This document shows positions 36,846 to 39,527 of a stretch of DNA of 39,527 bases, in pieces; the first letter of the stretch is position 1, and every line of letters begins with the position of its first letter. The notes beneath the pieces are model-generated. The model had not been told where the DNA came from. It worked only from the letters and a program-made list of their open reading frames with translations, and did not search any database. The DNA comes from Burkholderiales bacterium (lineage in GTDB: Bacteria; Pseudomonadota; Gammaproteobacteria; Burkholderiales; SG8-39). Where the stretch lies: the NCBI GenBank assembly GCA_036522335.1, contig DATDGA010000192.1:1-39527 (forward strand). The letters are read 5' to 3'. The position numbers and the translations under genes are program-made.

Positions 36846-37847
36846 GTGCCCAGGCGCATGTCCGGTTTTTGCCGCGCGCTCCTGTCGGCATTCGCCGTGC
36901 TGACTGCGGCCGCTGGGGCCGCGGAGCCGGCCGTGGTCCGCGTCAACACCTTTCCCAACGCCAAGGCCCTGCCCCTGCATGCGGGAATTGCGAAGGGGTT
37001 TTTCGCGAAGCACGACATTGCATTGCAGCTTTCTTTCACCGAGAACTCGACGAAGCAGCGTGAAGGCCTTGCCGCCGGCGAGTTCGACATCGTGCATTCC
37101 GCGGTGGACAACGCCGTGGCGATGGTCGAGGCGGCGCGAAAGGACGTGGTCATCGTCACCGGTGGCGACAGCGGCATGAACGAGTTTTTCGTCCAGGCCC
37201 ATGTCCGTTCGTTCTCCGATCTGCGTGGACGCAAGCTCGTGGTCGATGCACCGAACACGGCTTACGCGATCCAGGCGAAAAAGATCCTGCTCAAGCACGG
37301 GCTCAAGGACGGTACCGACTACTCGGTGGTCCCGGTTGGACGCGGCGAGTTGCGCCTCAAAGCCATGGCAGAGAACCGCGAATACGCCGCCGCGGTGCTG
37401 AATCTTCCGTTTACCATCCAAGCCGAACAGCTGGGCATGAAGAGCCTCGGCAATACGGTGGACCTACTGGGGCCCTATCAGGCGAACGGCGCTTTTGCCC
37501 TGCGCACCTGGGTCAAATCGAACGGGCCGTTGCTCGAACGCTATATCGCCGCCTACGTCGAGGCGCTGCGCTGGGTGCGGCAGCCGGAGAATCAAGCCGA
37601 ATGCGTGGCGATTCTCATGGACAAGCTGCGGATCTCCCGCGAAGTCGCCGAACGGAGCTACCGGTTGCTCGTCGATCCAGTCCGCGGGTTCACTCCGGAT
37701 GCGGCTTTCGATATGGAGGGCTTCCGGAACCTCCTCGCGCTACGCGCCGAAATCGAGGGCGGGAATACCGTGCCGTCTCCTGAAAAATATCTCGACCTTT
37801 CGTACTATCGGCGGGCGATCGGCAGTCTCGGCAAAGGCGGCGAATGA
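36846..37847 (+). CDS. NMT1/THI5-like (nitrate/sulfonate/bicarbonate-type) periplasmic substrate-binding protein
   Basis: Signal-like N-terminus (FCRALLSAFAVLTAAAGAAEP) and a PBP2 pattern (VRVNTFPNAKALPLHAGIAKGFFAKHDI...GEFDIVHSAVDN...LRGRKLVVD). The start is the GTG at 36846 (abutting the upstream stop) or the ATG at 36858. Confidence 0.75.
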   Translation: MPRRMSGFCRALLSAFAVLTAAAGAAEPAVVRVNTFPNAKALPLHAGIAKGFFAKHDIALQLSFTENSTKQREGLAAGEFDIVHSAVDNAVAMVEAARKDVVIVTGGDSGMNEFFVQAHVRSFSDLRGRKLVVDAPNTAYAIQAKKILLKHGLKDGTDYSVVPVGRGELRLKAMAENREYAAAVLNLPFTIQAEQLGMKSLGNTVDLLGPYQANGAFALRTWVKSNGPLLERYIAAYVEALRWVRQPENQAECVAILMDKLRISREVAERSYRLLVDPVRGFTPDAAFDMEGFRNLLALRAEIEGGNTVPSPEKYLDLSYYRRAIGSLGKGGE

Positions 37848-38821
37848 AACATCGTCGGACTCCGGGAATCCATGTCGCGATGTTCCTGATGATCGTCGGG
37901 TCGAATGCAATTCACGCCCAGGACTACCCGAGCGGCCCGATGCGCATCATCGTGCCGTTCCAGGCCGGAGGCTCCACCGACGCCATGGCGCGCACCGTCG
38001 CACAGAAACTCAAGGATCGTTTCAAGCAGCCGGTGGTCGTGGAGAACCGCGCTGGTGCCAACGGGACCATAGGCGCGGCGGTCGTGGCGAAATCCTCGCC
38101 CGACGGGCACACGCTGTTGTTGGTGCAATCGGGATTCGTCTCGAACCCGATCCTGATGCGCAACCTGCCTTACGACCAGGCACGCGAGCTCGCCCCGGTG
38201 TCGAACCTCGCCATCGGTCCGATGGTGCTGGTCGTCAATCCGTCTTTGCCGGCGAGATCGGTGAAGGAACTGATAGCGGTCGCCCGATCGCGCCCCGGCG
38301 AGCTGAATTTCGGGTCGCCGGGCAACGGCTCGCTCTCCGACTTGTGCGCGGAGCTGTTCGACGCGATGGCCGGGGTCGGCATGACCCATGTGCCTTACAA
38401 GGGATCCGGCGGAGCGCTCACCGACGTGTTGGCCGGGCGGGTGCCGGTGTATTACATGAACCTGATGCTCGCGCTTCCCTACATGAAGGACGGACGCCTC
38501 CGCGCGCTGGGCGTCACGACCGCCCGGCGTTCCCCGATCGCGCCGGAAATTCCTACGATCGACGAGGCGGGGCTGCCCGGCTACGAACTCACTACCTGGT
38601 ACGGACTCTTCGTGCAGGGAGCGACCCCACGCGCCGTGGTGCTCAAGCTTCAGCAGGAACTGGTCCGAATCCTCGACCAGAACGAAATGAAGGAACGGAT
38701 TGCGGCAGACGGTATGACTGTGGTTGCGAGCACGCCCGACGAATTCGCCCAGTTCCTGGCTCGCGAGACCGCAAAATACACACGCATCATCGAGGCCGCC
38801 GGCATCAAGGCCATCGACTGA
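37844..38821 (+). CDS. Tripartite tricarboxylate transporter substrate-binding protein (Bug/TctC family), second copy
   Basis: QDYPSGPMRIIVPFQAGGSTD, VENRAGANG, PDGHTLLL, NGSLSDL, HVPYKGSGGA. The ATG overlaps the preceding stop (ATGA). Confidence 0.88.
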   Translation: MKHRRTPGIHVAMFLMIVGSNAIHAQDYPSGPMRIIVPFQAGGSTDAMARTVAQKLKDRFKQPVVVENRAGANGTIGAAVVAKSSPDGHTLLLVQSGFVSNPILMRNLPYDQARELAPVSNLAIGPMVLVVNPSLPARSVKELIAVARSRPGELNFGSPGNGSLSDLCAELFDAMAGVGMTHVPYKGSGGALTDVLAGRVPVYYMNLMLALPYMKDGRLRALGVTTARRSPIAPEIPTIDEAGLPGYELTTWYGLFVQGATPRAVVLKLQQELVRILDQNEMKERIAADGMTVVASTPDEFAQFLARETAKYTRIIEAAGIKAID

Positions 38822-38840
38822 TCCGTTTCGCCGGCTCGAG

Positions 38841-39470
38841 CTACGTCCCGATCTGTGCAACCTCGCCCGAGCGGCGGCGAAACGTGCCGGCAGCCAATCG
38901 GCCTATCGCGTACAGGACGGCCAAGGGATCGATCAGGTAGTCCCAGAGGTTGCGCGATTCGTACGCGCCACCGAGATACGCAAAGGCAGCGACGACAACG
39001 ATGAACACGACGACATACAACCTTGCCCACCATGCCGCCAAGGTGATCAGCAACAGGACGGTGAGAAATTCGAGCGACCCATAGCCGAGTGCGTATGGAT
39101 CGAATGGTGTCCACCCGAGCGCAAACGGATACAGGAACACTGCGGCGAATACCAACAGGCGACAAAGCGAGCGCCGGTCCCGTTCTCCGATTACCACCCT
39201 CCCTGTGAGCCGCACGACGCAGGCCGCGCCCGCGAGAACGAGCGTGGTGATGCTCAGGTCGCCGGTGATGCCCCGAACGTAAGTGGCGATCGAGAGATCG
39301 CCCACGGGGACGAGCACGGTGACGGCTGCGACCAAGATCACTGCATAGCGAACCCGGACCGGCATACGCTGAAGGCGGAGCGCGGCAGAGAACAAGGCGA
39401 GGCTGATAAGCACGCAGCCGGACAGGCCGAAGAGAGCGTTCGCGAAATTCAAGGCTTGCTCTCCAACCAA
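38841..39470 (-). CDS. Polytopic inner-membrane protein, function unknown
   Basis: 209 aa with about 6 hydrophobic segments, a short internal motif duplication (GDLSIAT / GDLSITT) and a basic C-terminal tail. No family recognised. Confidence 0.55.
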   Translation of the reverse strand: MVGEQALNFANALFGLSGCVLISLALFSAALRLQRMPVRVRYAVILVAAVTVLVPVGDLSIATYVRGITGDLSITTLVLAGAACVVRLTGRVVIGERDRRSLCRLLVFAAVFLYPFALGWTPFDPYALGYGSLEFLTVLLLITLAAWWARLYVVVFIVVVAAFAYLGGAYESRNLWDYLIDPLAVLYAIGRLAAGTFRRRSGEVAQIGT

Positions 39471-39527
39471 GCCCGATTGAAATAGGCGTGTTTGATTCGG
39501 GAACGGCCCCAGGTATAGAGCACGTGA
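39449..39527 (-). CDS. 3' end of an unidentified gene running off the window (...HVLYTWGRSRIKHAYFNRAWLESKP)
   Basis: An open frame from the window edge to the TGA at 39449-39451, overlapping the start of the downstream membrane-protein gene by 22 nt. Too short to assign. Confidence 0.3.
   Translation of the reverse strand, partial: HVLYTWGRSRIKHAYFNRAWLESKP

Noticed and set aside
1-39527. CRISPR arrays, insertion sequences, integrases, prophage or known defence-system genes
   Set aside because: I scanned the ORF translations and intergenic regions. There are no repeat-spacer arrays, no DDE, tyrosine or serine recombinase motifs, and no nuclease/ATPase defence-type proteins.

Overview
High-GC chromosomal segment (about 60-65% G+C by eye) with gene order typical of Betaproteobacteria. 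No rRNA, tRNA, CRISPR array, transposase or integrase was recognised.

Positions 1-29.7 kb are conserved housekeeping genes:
- pyrR-ruvX-yqgE, immediately downstream of a compact type IV pilus chemosensory (Pil-Chp) operon on the minus strand: rubredoxin, pilG, pilH, pilI, pilJ, chpA.
- thiD-thiE-hemL, mtgA, a TonB-like protein, an RNB-family exoribonuclease, an enolase-superfamily enzyme and mpl.
- accB-accC-prmA plus a DUF3426-type zinc-ribbon protein, a PfkB kinase, an acyltransferase, apaH and a GST.

Positions 29.8 kb to the end look accessory and metabolic:
- a split TPP-dependent (sulfopyruvate-type) decarboxylase, divergent from a PhtD-like decarboxylase;
- a cytoplasmic trypsin-PDZ protein whose catalytic His and Asp appear substituted;
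- a pcm (isoaspartyl methyltransferase) gene outside its usual context;
- a glutaredoxin-DinB fusion translationally coupled to an exported MBL-fold hydrolase;
- three back-to-back periplasmic binding-protein genes (Bug/TctC, NMT1-like, Bug/TctC) with no transporter genes;
- a polytopic membrane protein.

Two genes are visibly broken. aroQ upstream of accB is reduced to a multi-frame relic next to a sharp AT-rich spacer. A yqiA-like esterase is split by a frameshift.

I did not find a clear-cut novel multi-gene system such as a defence island. The best candidates for follow-up are:
- the grx-DinB/MBL module with its trailing aromatic-rich mini-ORF;
- the pseudo-protease/pcm pair;
- the leader-like mini-ORF with mutually exclusive hairpins upstream of the acyltransferase;
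- the transporter-less binding-protein trio.

Many real genes use GTG or TTG starts and overlap by stop/start coupling. Most long ORFs in the six-frame track are antisense or N-terminally over-extended artefacts of the high G+C content.
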